This document shows positions 36,199-45,901 of a stretch of 64,000 bases of DNA, piece by piece; the stretch's first letter is position 1; the number at the start of each line of letters is the position of its first letter. Below the pieces are notes generated by a model. The model made no database searches, was not told the DNA's origin, and worked only from the letters and a program-made list of their open reading frames with translations. A program made the translations under genes and the position numbers. This DNA is from a virus (taxonomy: Duplodnaviria; Caudoviricetes): IMG/VR virus record IMGVR_UViG_3300046786_000304, positions 1-64,000 of that record; one strand, 5' to 3'.

Positions 36199-36980
36199 TA
36201 ATAATCCATCCATCCAATATAATTATCAACATTTTTTGCAGGAGCAACAAAATCTTGTATTTTTAATTTTATTTCTTTAATATTGTTTTCGATTGCGTTG
36301 CGTACAATAGTTGTTAGCACCATGTTATTTTCTTCTGTCAAATGACATATCCTATTATCTCTAATAAATCTTTTATTTTCTGTATCTTCATATCCCGCCG
36401 GGGTTCCTTTAAATATATATTGTTCGTGGTACCCGGGCATATTATTTAATTCCCATATCGTTATATCTTGTAATCCTATATAGCCTGGATCAGAACTTTT
36501 TACATCTATCGTAATTAAATTTTTAAAACTTTTAATTTTTTCTACTAATAATAAATTTACAGTATTTACATAATCATCGTCTTTCCAGAATTCAAAATAT
36601 AATCTTACACTATCAAATAATTTTAAATTAAAATCTGTGCCCGTTGGGTTAAATTTATCTTTGTATGTATTTTCATGAAGCAGGACATTTGAATAATGTG
36701 TATACCAATTTTTATTAGATAAAGTTTTTGATATGTCCGAGTTTTCTAAATAAGATGAATAAAATCTATCCGTAGTAGGAATTATCATAATATTAATGTC
36801 ATTCTTTTGATAATTTTCCATGTAATCAGCATAACATTTATAAATGGAATTTCCTGGATGGCCATAGTTGGTTACATCGTAGTACTCTTTTAAATAATTT
36901 ACCCAAAAATTTTGTTCGACATTTGGGTTCATTACACTACAGTAACTATCTCCGTATACTCCTATTGTTTTCTTATTCAT
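36198..36980 (-). CDS. SGNH/GDSL-like protein
   Basis: YGDSYC, YGHPGNS, C-terminal CHLTEENN. Confidence 0.65.
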   Translation of the reverse strand: MNKKTIGVYGDSYCSVMNPNVEQNFWVNYLKEYYDVTNYGHPGNSIYKCYADYMENYQKNDINIMIIPTTDRFYSSYLENSDISKTLSNKNWYTHYSNVLLHENTYKDKFNPTGTDFNLKLFDSVRLYFEFWKDDDYVNTVNLLLVEKIKSFKNLITIDVKSSDPGYIGLQDITIWELNNMPGYHEQYIFKGTPAGYEDTENKRFIRDNRICHLTEENNMVLTTIVRNAIENNIKEIKLKIQDFVAPAKNVDNYIGWMDY

Positions 36981-37750
36981 ATCTTTTCCCAGCCTACATA
37001 AAAATCTAGGTCTTTGGATGGTTTAACAAAGTCTTCAATAGACAACTTTATCTCACTGATGTGTTCATTGAAGGCGTCTAAAATTTTTTCATATAAAATA
37101 AAACTGTTTTCTTCTGATAAATGATTTTTTCTACGATCAAACAAAGCCATGGATTTGCTTTCATCTATAGATGAAAAAGTCTTAGGATATTTTTCAGTAA
37201 AGCCTAGTTGGTCTAATTCCCAATTTGATATACCTGTTAATCCTTCTTTGCCTTTATGCTGATGAGTCTGAGTATCGATTAATATTACGTTATTAATCTT
37301 TTTAATATCGTTTAGCATTAGATCAGCTATTGTTGTATCAACGTTATGATCTTTCCATTCGGTCCAATATGTGTATACGCTGTCTATTATTTTTAGTAAA
37401 CGGTCTGCATCCTTGTATGATTTTTTATCTTTTTCAATTAATATTTTAAATATTTCCAAAGACGATATATTGTTAAACCAGTTATTAAATGGTATCTGGT
37501 CCGAAAGATGGTACAATTTACTTGAAAAAAATCTCTGCTGTACCGGTATTAAGAAAATATTATAATCATATTTGTTATGACAAGTTTTAATTGTTTCGTA
37601 GCATTGGTATATTGAATTTCCAGGCTCACCAAAATTTGTCACTTCGTAGCCTTGTTCGAGAAGGTTGACCCAACTTTTGCCCATGATATGATTTTCACTT
37701 CGGTAGTTAGCAAAACTGTCGCCATATATACCAATTGTTTTTTTACTCAT
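36977..37750 (-). CDS. SGNH/GDSL-like protein (paralog of the adjacent gene)
   Basis: YGDSFA, FGEPGNS, NHLSEENS; start moved to 37750. Confidence 0.65.
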   Translation of the reverse strand: MSKKTIGIYGDSFANYRSENHIMGKSWVNLLEQGYEVTNFGEPGNSIYQCYETIKTCHNKYDYNIFLIPVQQRFFSSKLYHLSDQIPFNNWFNNISSLEIFKILIEKDKKSYKDADRLLKIIDSVYTYWTEWKDHNVDTTIADLMLNDIKKINNVILIDTQTHQHKGKEGLTGISNWELDQLGFTEKYPKTFSSIDESKSMALFDRRKNHLSEENSFILYEKILDAFNEHISEIKLSIEDFVKPSKDLDFYVGWEKI

Positions 37751-38909
37751 AACTCTTGTCACCGGGGAACAACGGCATCTTAGTGCCAGGAGCACGTTTA
37801 GGTATCTTACTGTCAGCACTACTTACACAACTATGTCCGCCACAGGGCATTGGTTTGTCATATAACTTAAAGCCTGTTTCAATGTGTCCCAGTGGTACTT
37901 CACTACAACTATAGCTACGTTTGATAGTGCCGTCAGGTTCGCGAATAATAATACTGCGATAGCCACTGCTACATTCCCAACCATGGAAGTTATTGAAGTT
38001 AAATGCGTTAAAGCGTTCTGCTTGATCCATAAACCAAGGATTACCTTCTTTATCTCTGAACTCTACTTGATAATGTGCGGGTGTGCTTGCTTGTTGTTTA
38101 CGCAAAGGATCTGCTTTGTCAATCATAAATGTAGGCTTAGGCCTTTCGACTAGGCCTGCTTTGGCAGCCTTTACTTCTGTATAAGCACGTTGCGGCATAC
38201 CGTTGTGAAGTTTCTCTAACATGTCATCGGTATAACCATCTACTACACGGCTAGCAGTAGGATCGCTTTGTGGCTTTAATGTAACATTGATACCGCGTTC
38301 ATGAAAGTACAGAGCAAGGTCATAAATTTTATAAAACTGCTCGGGCACCATAACTTGATTAATAGTTACTTGCGTGTCATATTCTTGGCACAATACTAAT
38401 TTGTCTCCAAACTCTTCTACCTTCTTATCAGTGTCTACGTGCTCTAAGTGACAGCTGGCTGTTATACTCGCTCTGTGAAAATGTTTAACTGCTGGTACAT
38501 ACTTTTCTTCAAACCATTTAATAGGGCGACTCATATTACTGGTCATGTGTACGCTGGTATAGTTTGTATTAGATACATCATCGTTTAAGTGATTAAGAAT
38601 ATCAATGTAAGCAGGATGGAATGTAGGTTCACCACCACTTAGACTAAAGTGGAAACTATTAAAACCATTGGCTCTGGCTTGACGTTTAATCTCGTCTACC
38701 GTCTTTAACATTAAAGGAGTAGGACGATGGTCTTTTGTATCACTGCGGGCGTATGGCCAGCAATAACTGCAACGATAGTTACAGTAACGTCCTAGCAACC
38801 ATGATACGGTAAACATATCGCGGTATAACATTGTTCTTTGTCCAACTCTAACTAAATCCTTGTATGGAATTTTAGTAAAGTCATATTCACTTGTTTTTAA
38901 ATCACTCAT
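37743..38909 (-). CDS. Radical SAM protein, subtype C
   Basis: CNYRCSYC, SGGEPT, WECSSG...SC...CGGHSCVSSAD.KIPK; start moved to 38909. Confidence 0.92.
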   Translation of the reverse strand: MSDLKTSEYDFTKIPYKDLVRVGQRTMLYRDMFTVSWLLGRYCNYRCSYCWPYARSDTKDHRPTPLMLKTVDEIKRQARANGFNSFHFSLSGGEPTFHPAYIDILNHLNDDVSNTNYTSVHMTSNMSRPIKWFEEKYVPAVKHFHRASITASCHLEHVDTDKKVEEFGDKLVLCQEYDTQVTINQVMVPEQFYKIYDLALYFHERGINVTLKPQSDPTASRVVDGYTDDMLEKLHNGMPQRAYTEVKAAKAGLVERPKPTFMIDKADPLRKQQASTPAHYQVEFRDKEGNPWFMDQAERFNAFNFNNFHGWECSSGYRSIIIREPDGTIKRSYSCSEVPLGHIETGFKLYDKPMPCGGHSCVSSADSKIPKRAPGTKMPLFPGDKSYE

Positions 38910-39132
38910 CTTGTTCGTAGACAAACTTAATGTCTTTTCCTGGGCCCGCTTCGCTGGGCATTCCGCCGTATTCTTTTACATACCATTCTATTGCCGCAAC
39001 ATACCAACCCTGACTGTTATGTCTGCTGGCTTTGTTAAAAATATAAATGTTATCATTAGTTGCTGGCATTGTACTTATGACTCGTGCCGCTTCTAATTGT
39101 AATTGTCTCAATGGTAAATCTTTAATGTTCAT
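38902..39132 (-). CDS. 76-aa hypothetical protein coupled between two radical SAM genes
   Basis: Overlaps both neighbours. Confidence 0.65.
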   Translation of the reverse strand: MNIKDLPLRQLQLEAARVISTMPATNDNIYIFNKASRHNSQGWYVAAIEWYVKEYGGMPSEAGPGKDIKFVYEQDE

Positions 39133-40334
39133 TATACATCCAAATTGTCTAATAAGTCAACTAGTACGTCTGTCTTTTTATAATCTTGTTTTTTCAATAA
39201 AAACTGTCGAGCTGTTTCTTTGTAGTCAGGATCATAAGATGATCCTATACGCTTACGCATTTGATTTAGATAGTCTGTAAAATTCTCTTTGTAAACATAG
39301 TTGACATCTGTGGCTTTTGCTATAGATTGCTCTGCCAAATCTATATACTTTGTATATTCTTTTGGCAAATGTGCTATGTCCATTTCGTCGGGCCAACTAG
39401 TAAAGTTGCCATACCATGTAAATTCTTTGTTAGGTGCATGTGTTCTAAATTGTTCATGTACCCAGTCTATGTATTCATGAAATGTTTTTAAATTAAACAT
39501 ACTTGCTGTTGGACTTAGTACAATTAATTCTGTTTTAGGATGCTTAATGTATTTTACAAAATTTTCACTAAATCTATCCCAAACTAGGTTATGTCTTATT
39601 AGCTCTGCGCTTTTACCAAAACTTTCATTGCTGATACCTATTCCCCAAGATAGTTTACTAGTGTCCATTTTTTCAATGAGCTTATTCATTAAAAAGCTTT
39701 TACTGTTAGCATTGGTACAAATTTCTAATCTAACTTTTTTGCCACTGCCTTCTGCGGCAGTCTCAATATAATCAACTAACTCATAAAATCTAGAACTAGC
39801 AGTAGGTTCTCCACCTAAGAATATAAACACAATTTGATTGTTTAATAAATCATCTCTATGTAAAAAGTTCTTAATCCAAGATTTAAAAACTTCATAATCA
39901 TGTTCTTTGGTAAGATCTTCATAGGTTTCGTTTTGTTCTTGTGCTACTTTACTGCTACTCCATGAGCTACAATAAATGCAACTCATATCACAGATCCTAT
40001 CTGTTTTTATTTCAATGTAGTTTATATAACTATCACTGCTGCCAATTTTTTCACGATTATTTTCAACAAACTCATCGGTCCATCTGTTAGCCCAATCTCG
40101 ATAAGCACTATTGCCTTTACTATAATCATTCCAGCAACTATTACAATCTGCGTGGGCAATATTGTCTAAACTTTGTTGTCTGCGTTCTTTAATGCCAGCA
40201 CTATTGCTTATAAATTCTTCAGTAAGAACTTCTGGAAATTGATATACTGCGGCTTTACAGCAATGTTTGATTGTTCGTGACTCGAAGTCAATGTTTATGT
40301 CTGTCCATGATTTCGAGCAATATGTTTTTGTCAT
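39132..40334 (-). CDS. Radical SAM protein, subtype A (N-terminal Twitch)
   Basis: YCSKSW...HCC...CNSC; CDMSCIYC; LGGEP. Confidence 0.9.
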   Translation of the reverse strand: MTKTYCSKSWTDINIDFESRTIKHCCKAAVYQFPEVLTEEFISNSAGIKERRQQSLDNIAHADCNSCWNDYSKGNSAYRDWANRWTDEFVENNREKIGSSDSYINYIEIKTDRICDMSCIYCSSWSSSKVAQEQNETYEDLTKEHDYEVFKSWIKNFLHRDDLLNNQIVFIFLGGEPTASSRFYELVDYIETAAEGSGKKVRLEICTNANSKSFLMNKLIEKMDTSKLSWGIGISNESFGKSAELIRHNLVWDRFSENFVKYIKHPKTELIVLSPTASMFNLKTFHEYIDWVHEQFRTHAPNKEFTWYGNFTSWPDEMDIAHLPKEYTKYIDLAEQSIAKATDVNYVYKENFTDYLNQMRKRIGSSYDPDYKETARQFLLKKQDYKKTDVLVDLLDNLDV

Positions 40335-40354
40335 AAATTAATAATATGCGTAGA

Positions 40355-40371
40355 TAAATATTTAGTAAATA
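40355..40371. promoter_or_regulatory. Palindromic TAAATATTTA (40355-40364) plus a second TAAATA (40366-40371) between divergent genes
   Basis: Perfect 10-bp palindrome that reads TAAATA on both strands. Confidence 0.55.
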
Positions 40372-40386
40372 TAACCTGGATAACTT

Positions 40387-41124
40387 ATGACCACTCCTAC
40401 AAACCAATATGGTGTCAGTACCGAACCTATTGATAGTTTTTCGAAACGAAACGACTATCCTGCAAATTGCAAATACCCACAAAATCTAGCAACTCCAAGA
40501 GACGTTAATTTTAATCCCGACATTCCTTTTTTACCAATTGACGATTGGAAAGACACAGAAGATTGGGAAAAGATGTATGCCGAAGCCAAAGCCTTAGAAA
40601 AACATTATGTACCACATAGGCATCATGAATCTCATAAAGGCTGGAGTAGTTTATGTATTCATGGTTTAAGTAGTGTACATACCGAAAGCAGTCATACATA
40701 TGGATTTAAAGACGATGAAGCTCCGTGGCGTTGGACTGATGTAGCAGATTGGTGTCCTACTATTAGAAACTTCTTTAAAGAAAAATTTGATTATAAAAAA
40801 TATTTCAGAGTTAGGATTATGAAATTAGCTCCAGGCGGCTATGTTATTCCACACAAAGATACCATCGATGTTGCAGAAAGTCATATTGGTCCTATTAATG
40901 TAGCGTTAAATCATCCTGCTGATTGTAAATTTTACATGGATGATATCGGTACTTTGCCATGGACTGCTGGCAGAGCTATTAAATTAAATTTATATAATGT
41001 TCATGCGGTTGTAAATCACAGCAACCAGGACAGATATCACATCATTGTACACGGACACGCTGGCAACACATGGCCTAACAGAATACTTAATAATTATAAA
41101 ACTTGGAGTAAGACGTATGAGTAA
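40387..41124 (+). CDS. Aspartyl/asparaginyl beta-hydroxylase-like 2OG-Fe(II) oxygenase
   Basis: RVRIMKLAPGGYVIPHKD, HAVVN, RYHIIVHG. Confidence 0.8.
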   Translation: MTTPTNQYGVSTEPIDSFSKRNDYPANCKYPQNLATPRDVNFNPDIPFLPIDDWKDTEDWEKMYAEAKALEKHYVPHRHHESHKGWSSLCIHGLSSVHTESSHTYGFKDDEAPWRWTDVADWCPTIRNFFKEKFDYKKYFRVRIMKLAPGGYVIPHKDTIDVAESHIGPINVALNHPADCKFYMDDIGTLPWTAGRAIKLNLYNVHAVVNHSNQDRYHIIVHGHAGNTWPNRILNNYKTWSKTYE

Positions 41125-42628
41125 AAAATATATCAACGCATTAGTTACAGATAAAAGTAACATTGGCATGGACCCAATAGTGCGTGAAAGTTTGTTGACT
41201 TTCTATAGAAGAAATTTATGGATCGATAGCGTAGTAAATAATCCGATTCGTTCAGTTACATTACCTACAGAAGATGAATGTATTTCTGTGGCAGCAGATG
41301 GGTTAGACATTGAATTTGATTATTTAATTCTAACTTGGGAAGGAAATTTCTTTGATATCTATAGATATCATCATGAATGTATTGCCGCTATAGATGCTAT
41401 AGAAAATGACACAAACGGCAATTGGCTAGTAGCTGGCCATATCATGGATCAGGAACAAAACAGAATATTTAATCATGATCCAAGTTCTGCCGAGTGGAAG
41501 AATAGTTTTTGGTTATTCCCTATTACTGCGTTAATTAATTTAAAGAAATGGAAAGAACTTGGCAGGCCATTATGGGGATCAGAAATGGGCAAAGAATTAA
41601 TCGAACTAGTAACTGCTGTGCCATCCACAGATTGTGTGCATGATAATTACACTCCGTTGTCCGTAACATCAGGAGAAGGAACAAAGCAGACACGTGTTAA
41701 AAAGGGATGGAATTTCGTTAATGAAAGTTTAAAAGCAAATCTTCCTGTATTAAATTTACCTAAAAATGTTAGAGAGTTTCAAAATTACTTGTATCCCGAA
41801 AACAATATCAAACTTTTCAATGATTTCTGGCATTCATTATATAACATGCCTAAGGTAACATCTCAATACAGAAAAGTGTTAGAATCAGTGATTACTAGCA
41901 AATACGAACGACGCATTAAAGATTCTACATGGCAATGTTTCATTAGAAACACCGAAGATTATTATCCTGTCGAACACAAGCATAATTCATCGAATATTGA
42001 TTGGACTAGTATAGAAACTATAATGCTTCCATGTAGCGGATTTAAAGATTTTATACTCGCTATGGGTTTTAAGGGTGCGAAGAAGAAACTTAATATAATA
42101 CATTTTGATATTATTCCACAATGCGTTAAGATTCGACAACTTCTGATAGAACAGTGGGATGGACAAAGAAGTACGTTTAGTAAAACTTTGTTAGAAATTG
42201 GAAAATATTTCACCGTCGGACCGCCCGGAGATGTTTATCATATGAACTCAATGAAGACTCTGGAAGAAGCTTATGATCATATGTTACAGTTTTTTGGTAG
42301 CGAAGACAATTTAGAAAGATGCTGGAAAGAATTCCAAGCCTGTGATCATCGTTATGTAGCGGCAGATATGTTGTCAGACCCATGGATGGCAACAAAATTT
42401 GTCCAAGGTGATAAAAAGATTTATGTATGCCTTAGCGACATTGCCGGTTGGCGTAATAATCTTATAGCATATGGTTATAGATCTTTGCGTGACGACATTA
42501 TAAATTGTGTTAAAAATTTAAAAGCAAAGGGTCATGATGGATTAATAGATTATAAAGATCCTGCCACTGATTTGCAATTTTGGCACACGTTTGACGATGC
42601 TATAGCATACTTAGAAAAGAATTTGTAA
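41117..42628 (+). CDS. Hypothetical protein (503 aa; N-terminal half possibly glycosyltransferase-like)
   Basis: Start moved to ATG 41117; VAGHIMD, LINLKKW, HDNYTP; fold call is weak inference. Confidence 0.7.
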   Translation: MSKKYINALVTDKSNIGMDPIVRESLLTFYRRNLWIDSVVNNPIRSVTLPTEDECISVAADGLDIEFDYLILTWEGNFFDIYRYHHECIAAIDAIENDTNGNWLVAGHIMDQEQNRIFNHDPSSAEWKNSFWLFPITALINLKKWKELGRPLWGSEMGKELIELVTAVPSTDCVHDNYTPLSVTSGEGTKQTRVKKGWNFVNESLKANLPVLNLPKNVREFQNYLYPENNIKLFNDFWHSLYNMPKVTSQYRKVLESVITSKYERRIKDSTWQCFIRNTEDYYPVEHKHNSSNIDWTSIETIMLPCSGFKDFILAMGFKGAKKKLNIIHFDIIPQCVKIRQLLIEQWDGQRSTFSKTLLEIGKYFTVGPPGDVYHMNSMKTLEEAYDHMLQFFGSEDNLERCWKEFQACDHRYVAADMLSDPWMATKFVQGDKKIYVCLSDIAGWRNNLIAYGYRSLRDDIINCVKNLKAKGHDGLIDYKDPATDLQFWHTFDDAIAYLEKNL

Positions 42629-44688
42629 TGAGCAAACCTTATAAAATTTTAACAGAAGATATTATTTTAAAAGAAAAAGGAAGTTTAAATAATTCCTTTA
42701 AGCGTTATATAGGGCCAGCTGATAGTGTCTTTTCGTTGTTTGCAAGAAGCATGGGATACCGAGACTTTCCAAAAGAAGGTATGCCTGCTATGAATAATTA
42801 TGAGTTTGTAGTCTATGATAAACATAAAGAAAATATCGATATGTTTAAGCACATGTTAGAATGGGACGGCGATTCTGACGAGTCGGACAATTTTCAAAAC
42901 TTCGACGATCACTATGCTACTGGTAAATTAAAATATAAAATTAAAAACTTTCATTTCCCACGAAAACCTTTATTAGGTAGAATGCAAAAACATGGCTTTA
43001 GAGATTTTAAAGTTATGTGGGATATTTTTAGAAAAAGTAAATTTACATTTATTAATATCGATGTTATCCGTGATAACGGCAACTTCTGTAAATTTTTACA
43101 TGAATTACCTGAAATCGATATTCATTCTAGACAATTTGTTAAATTAGATTTTAACAAGAATGACTATAATTCTAAGATTTACACCAATGCTATTAATCAT
43201 ATACTACATGTGCTATGGATGAAAAGCCTTAAAGGTTATCAGAGTCTAGTAGAATTAATGGACGATGATGGCCAATCATACGAAGACTTTGCGGGCAAAA
43301 TATACGCAAAATTAAATCCAACGTTTTGCGTATTGCCATGGATGCATATTCAATATAAGCCCACAGGACAAAGTAAATTGTGCTGTAGGTATGATACTGT
43401 ACAAGAATTTAAAGAATACGAAAAAGATAAAACTCTAACAAATTTAAGTCAACTTGTGCCTGAACGTCTTAATTTAGTTATACAAAAGACTACCATGGAA
43501 AATAGTTTCCAAAGTAACTATTGGGACAATGCCAGAACATTAACTTTAGAAAATAAACCATTAAGCGGATGTCATAAGTGTTATAAAGAAGAACAAGTAT
43601 CCGGAGAAATATCAACGTCAATGAGACTAGGATCTAGCGTATTGTATAATGGCGGTTACTTACACAAAAAGCCCGGCTTGGACAAACCCATTATTAAATT
43701 CCTGGAAGTTGGTTTTGGTAATTATTGTAACCTGGCTTGTTTGACTTGTAATAGTACATTAAGTACATCATGGCACAACGATGAAATTAAATTAAATGAA
43801 ATCGCCGAAAAGTCTTTACAACGTCCAGTATTCCCTAAACTAGACAATATCAGATTCGAACCCAATGAAGAAACATTAAGTACTTTAGAATTAATTAAAT
43901 TTACAGGCGGCGAGCCTATGATTAATCCTGAGTTTATTAAATTCATTGACCTAGTCTGTGAAAAAGGTCATCCTGAAAGAATGAGCTTAGAGATTTATAC
44001 AAATTGTAGTTATATACCTAGTCCCAAGCTATTAGAGAATTTGAAGAAGTTCAAAAGCATACAACTTAACCTAAGCATAGATGCATATGGAGCAAAAAAC
44101 GATTATATACGCTATGGCAGTGAATGGCATGGCGAAGGTAAACAAACTGTTAGTAATGCCTTAGAGTTCTGGATGAAACAAGGTTTAGAAAATCAAAACA
44201 TTTATGTTATCATGGCAACTACTATGAGTGTATTAAATGTATTTGATATTCCAGAATTAGTATCTTGGTGGATGGACAAATATAAAAATGCTGGATTTAA
44301 AATCGCACAACGTACATCGTCTCTGCCATCGGAAGTTGAAGGCTTTTACAAATTACAGTTGGCATTTGAACCGTCTTATATTAGTACAAACATACTGCCC
44401 AGAGCGTACTATAGCGAAATCGAAGAATGGATAGCAGACTACGAATCAAACTTTACTACCAGGTATCCTGATTTGGGATTTATTCCACAGTCAATTAACG
44501 CAACATTGAATAAGTTAAAAAATGCTGTTGAACGTAGTAAAGGCAATGTCAATGATGCTAAACAATTTTTAAGCTATTTAGATAAGATGGATAAGATTAG
44601 AGGAAACTCTGCAGAACAAAGTATCCCTAAAATTGTTAGTAAGGTTAAAGAATACTTGCTAGCTCAGGATAAACCTCAGCAAAGCTAG
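42628..44688 (+). CDS. Fusion: about 290-aa unknown N-terminal region + Twitch/radical SAM (subtype A)
   Basis: FCVLPW...LCC...CHKC; CNLACLTC; TGGEP. Confidence 0.9.
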   Translation: MSKPYKILTEDIILKEKGSLNNSFKRYIGPADSVFSLFARSMGYRDFPKEGMPAMNNYEFVVYDKHKENIDMFKHMLEWDGDSDESDNFQNFDDHYATGKLKYKIKNFHFPRKPLLGRMQKHGFRDFKVMWDIFRKSKFTFINIDVIRDNGNFCKFLHELPEIDIHSRQFVKLDFNKNDYNSKIYTNAINHILHVLWMKSLKGYQSLVELMDDDGQSYEDFAGKIYAKLNPTFCVLPWMHIQYKPTGQSKLCCRYDTVQEFKEYEKDKTLTNLSQLVPERLNLVIQKTTMENSFQSNYWDNARTLTLENKPLSGCHKCYKEEQVSGEISTSMRLGSSVLYNGGYLHKKPGLDKPIIKFLEVGFGNYCNLACLTCNSTLSTSWHNDEIKLNEIAEKSLQRPVFPKLDNIRFEPNEETLSTLELIKFTGGEPMINPEFIKFIDLVCEKGHPERMSLEIYTNCSYIPSPKLLENLKKFKSIQLNLSIDAYGAKNDYIRYGSEWHGEGKQTVSNALEFWMKQGLENQNIYVIMATTMSVLNVFDIPELVSWWMDKYKNAGFKIAQRTSSLPSEVEGFYKLQLAFEPSYISTNILPRAYYSEIEEWIADYESNFTTRYPDLGFIPQSINATLNKLKNAVERSKGNVNDAKQFLSYLDKMDKIRGNSAEQSIPKIVSKVKEYLLAQDKPQQS

Positions 44689-45901
44689 TATCATTCTGTT
44701 TGTCCATGAAGTTAATATATTCCGCAGTTTCCGCAAGGTCTGCGGAGTAGTCTTCTGCGTTCATGTAATTAATTACATAATCGCCATAACGAACTATTCT
44801 GCGCTTTTGTTGTTCTTTACGTTTAGCATTATCCCATTGACTGTGAGTCCACAAACTTGGATCATCTAATGTCAATTTAAATTCAGTCCAGTCTTGGGTA
44901 ATCTTTGCTTTGATATCAGCAGGTAATACTTTTGGATTAATAGCTCTAGGATATTGTACAAGACTTGTATGAAACAATCCGCCGGCAGCATTAACAAACT
45001 TAACAATGTCAACTAATCTACTGATATTGTAAATGCTAACAGTTGTAGTTAGACTCATTTCAATGTTAGTCAATGCGTGTAGCTTTTGTACATTTTCTAC
45101 AACCTTATTAATGTCGCCATTGGTTCTAAAGTAACTGAATGTCGAATCGTCGCCGTCAATGCTCACACGTAGGATAATCTTTTTAAACTTAGGCCAATGA
45201 TCCAATACATTATAGTAACCTAAGCCCAGTGCTACTAGATTGCTGTTATAACTTAGCGTGATGTTATGTGCGTGTTCAGCCATAGCATCTATCATTTCCC
45301 AATGACGTTTTTGTTGTAAAGGTTCACCGCCAGCAATCAATACTTCGCGTAAATGCGGAATAGCATTTTTAAACTCTTCAAAACTGCGTTCAGGTAAGCT
45401 GATATGTTTACGCTCTAAACGCCCCGCTCCCCATTTAGTAAAGAACTTTTTAACTTCATCATCTTTAAATGCTAGTACTTCCCATTGACTGCTATAAGTA
45501 GGACTACAATGTCTACATCGTAGATTACAAGTATTGTCAAAGCGAATTTCAATGCTTTGAGGCTCATAGGGCATTGAATAGTCTTCTGCGACTTTACTTA
45601 CTACTTCTTCAAAGTCTATTTTGTAAGTATCTTTATATGTTTCATTACAAGTTTGACGAGTACTAGCTACGCCACTATCTTCAAAGTCCCAGCAACTACG
45701 GCAACCATTAGGACGTTCATCATTTAATACAGCACGACGAAGTTCTCGAGTTTCGTTGCTGTTCCAGATCTCACTTAAAGTTTGACTGCGATAGTCTCCG
45801 ATACGATCCGGATAACGCCAGCAAGCACCCACTTTGCCTTCGTGTTTAATGTTCTGATGTATAAAGGGCATTATGCAAAATGTCTTGCTGTTAGTATTCA
45901 T
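44645..45901 (-). CDS. Radical SAM protein, subtype A (N-terminal Twitch)
   Basis: FCIMPF...ACW...CRSC; CNLRCRHC; AGGEP. Confidence 0.92.
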   Translation of the reverse strand: MNTNSKTFCIMPFIHQNIKHEGKVGACWRYPDRIGDYRSQTLSEIWNSNETRELRRAVLNDERPNGCRSCWDFEDSGVASTRQTCNETYKDTYKIDFEEVVSKVAEDYSMPYEPQSIEIRFDNTCNLRCRHCSPTYSSQWEVLAFKDDEVKKFFTKWGAGRLERKHISLPERSFEEFKNAIPHLREVLIAGGEPLQQKRHWEMIDAMAEHAHNITLSYNSNLVALGLGYYNVLDHWPKFKKIILRVSIDGDDSTFSYFRTNGDINKVVENVQKLHALTNIEMSLTTTVSIYNISRLVDIVKFVNAAGGLFHTSLVQYPRAINPKVLPADIKAKITQDWTEFKLTLDDPSLWTHSQWDNAKRKEQQKRRIVRYGDYVINYMNAEDYSADLAETAEYINFMDKQNDTSFAEVYPELASIL

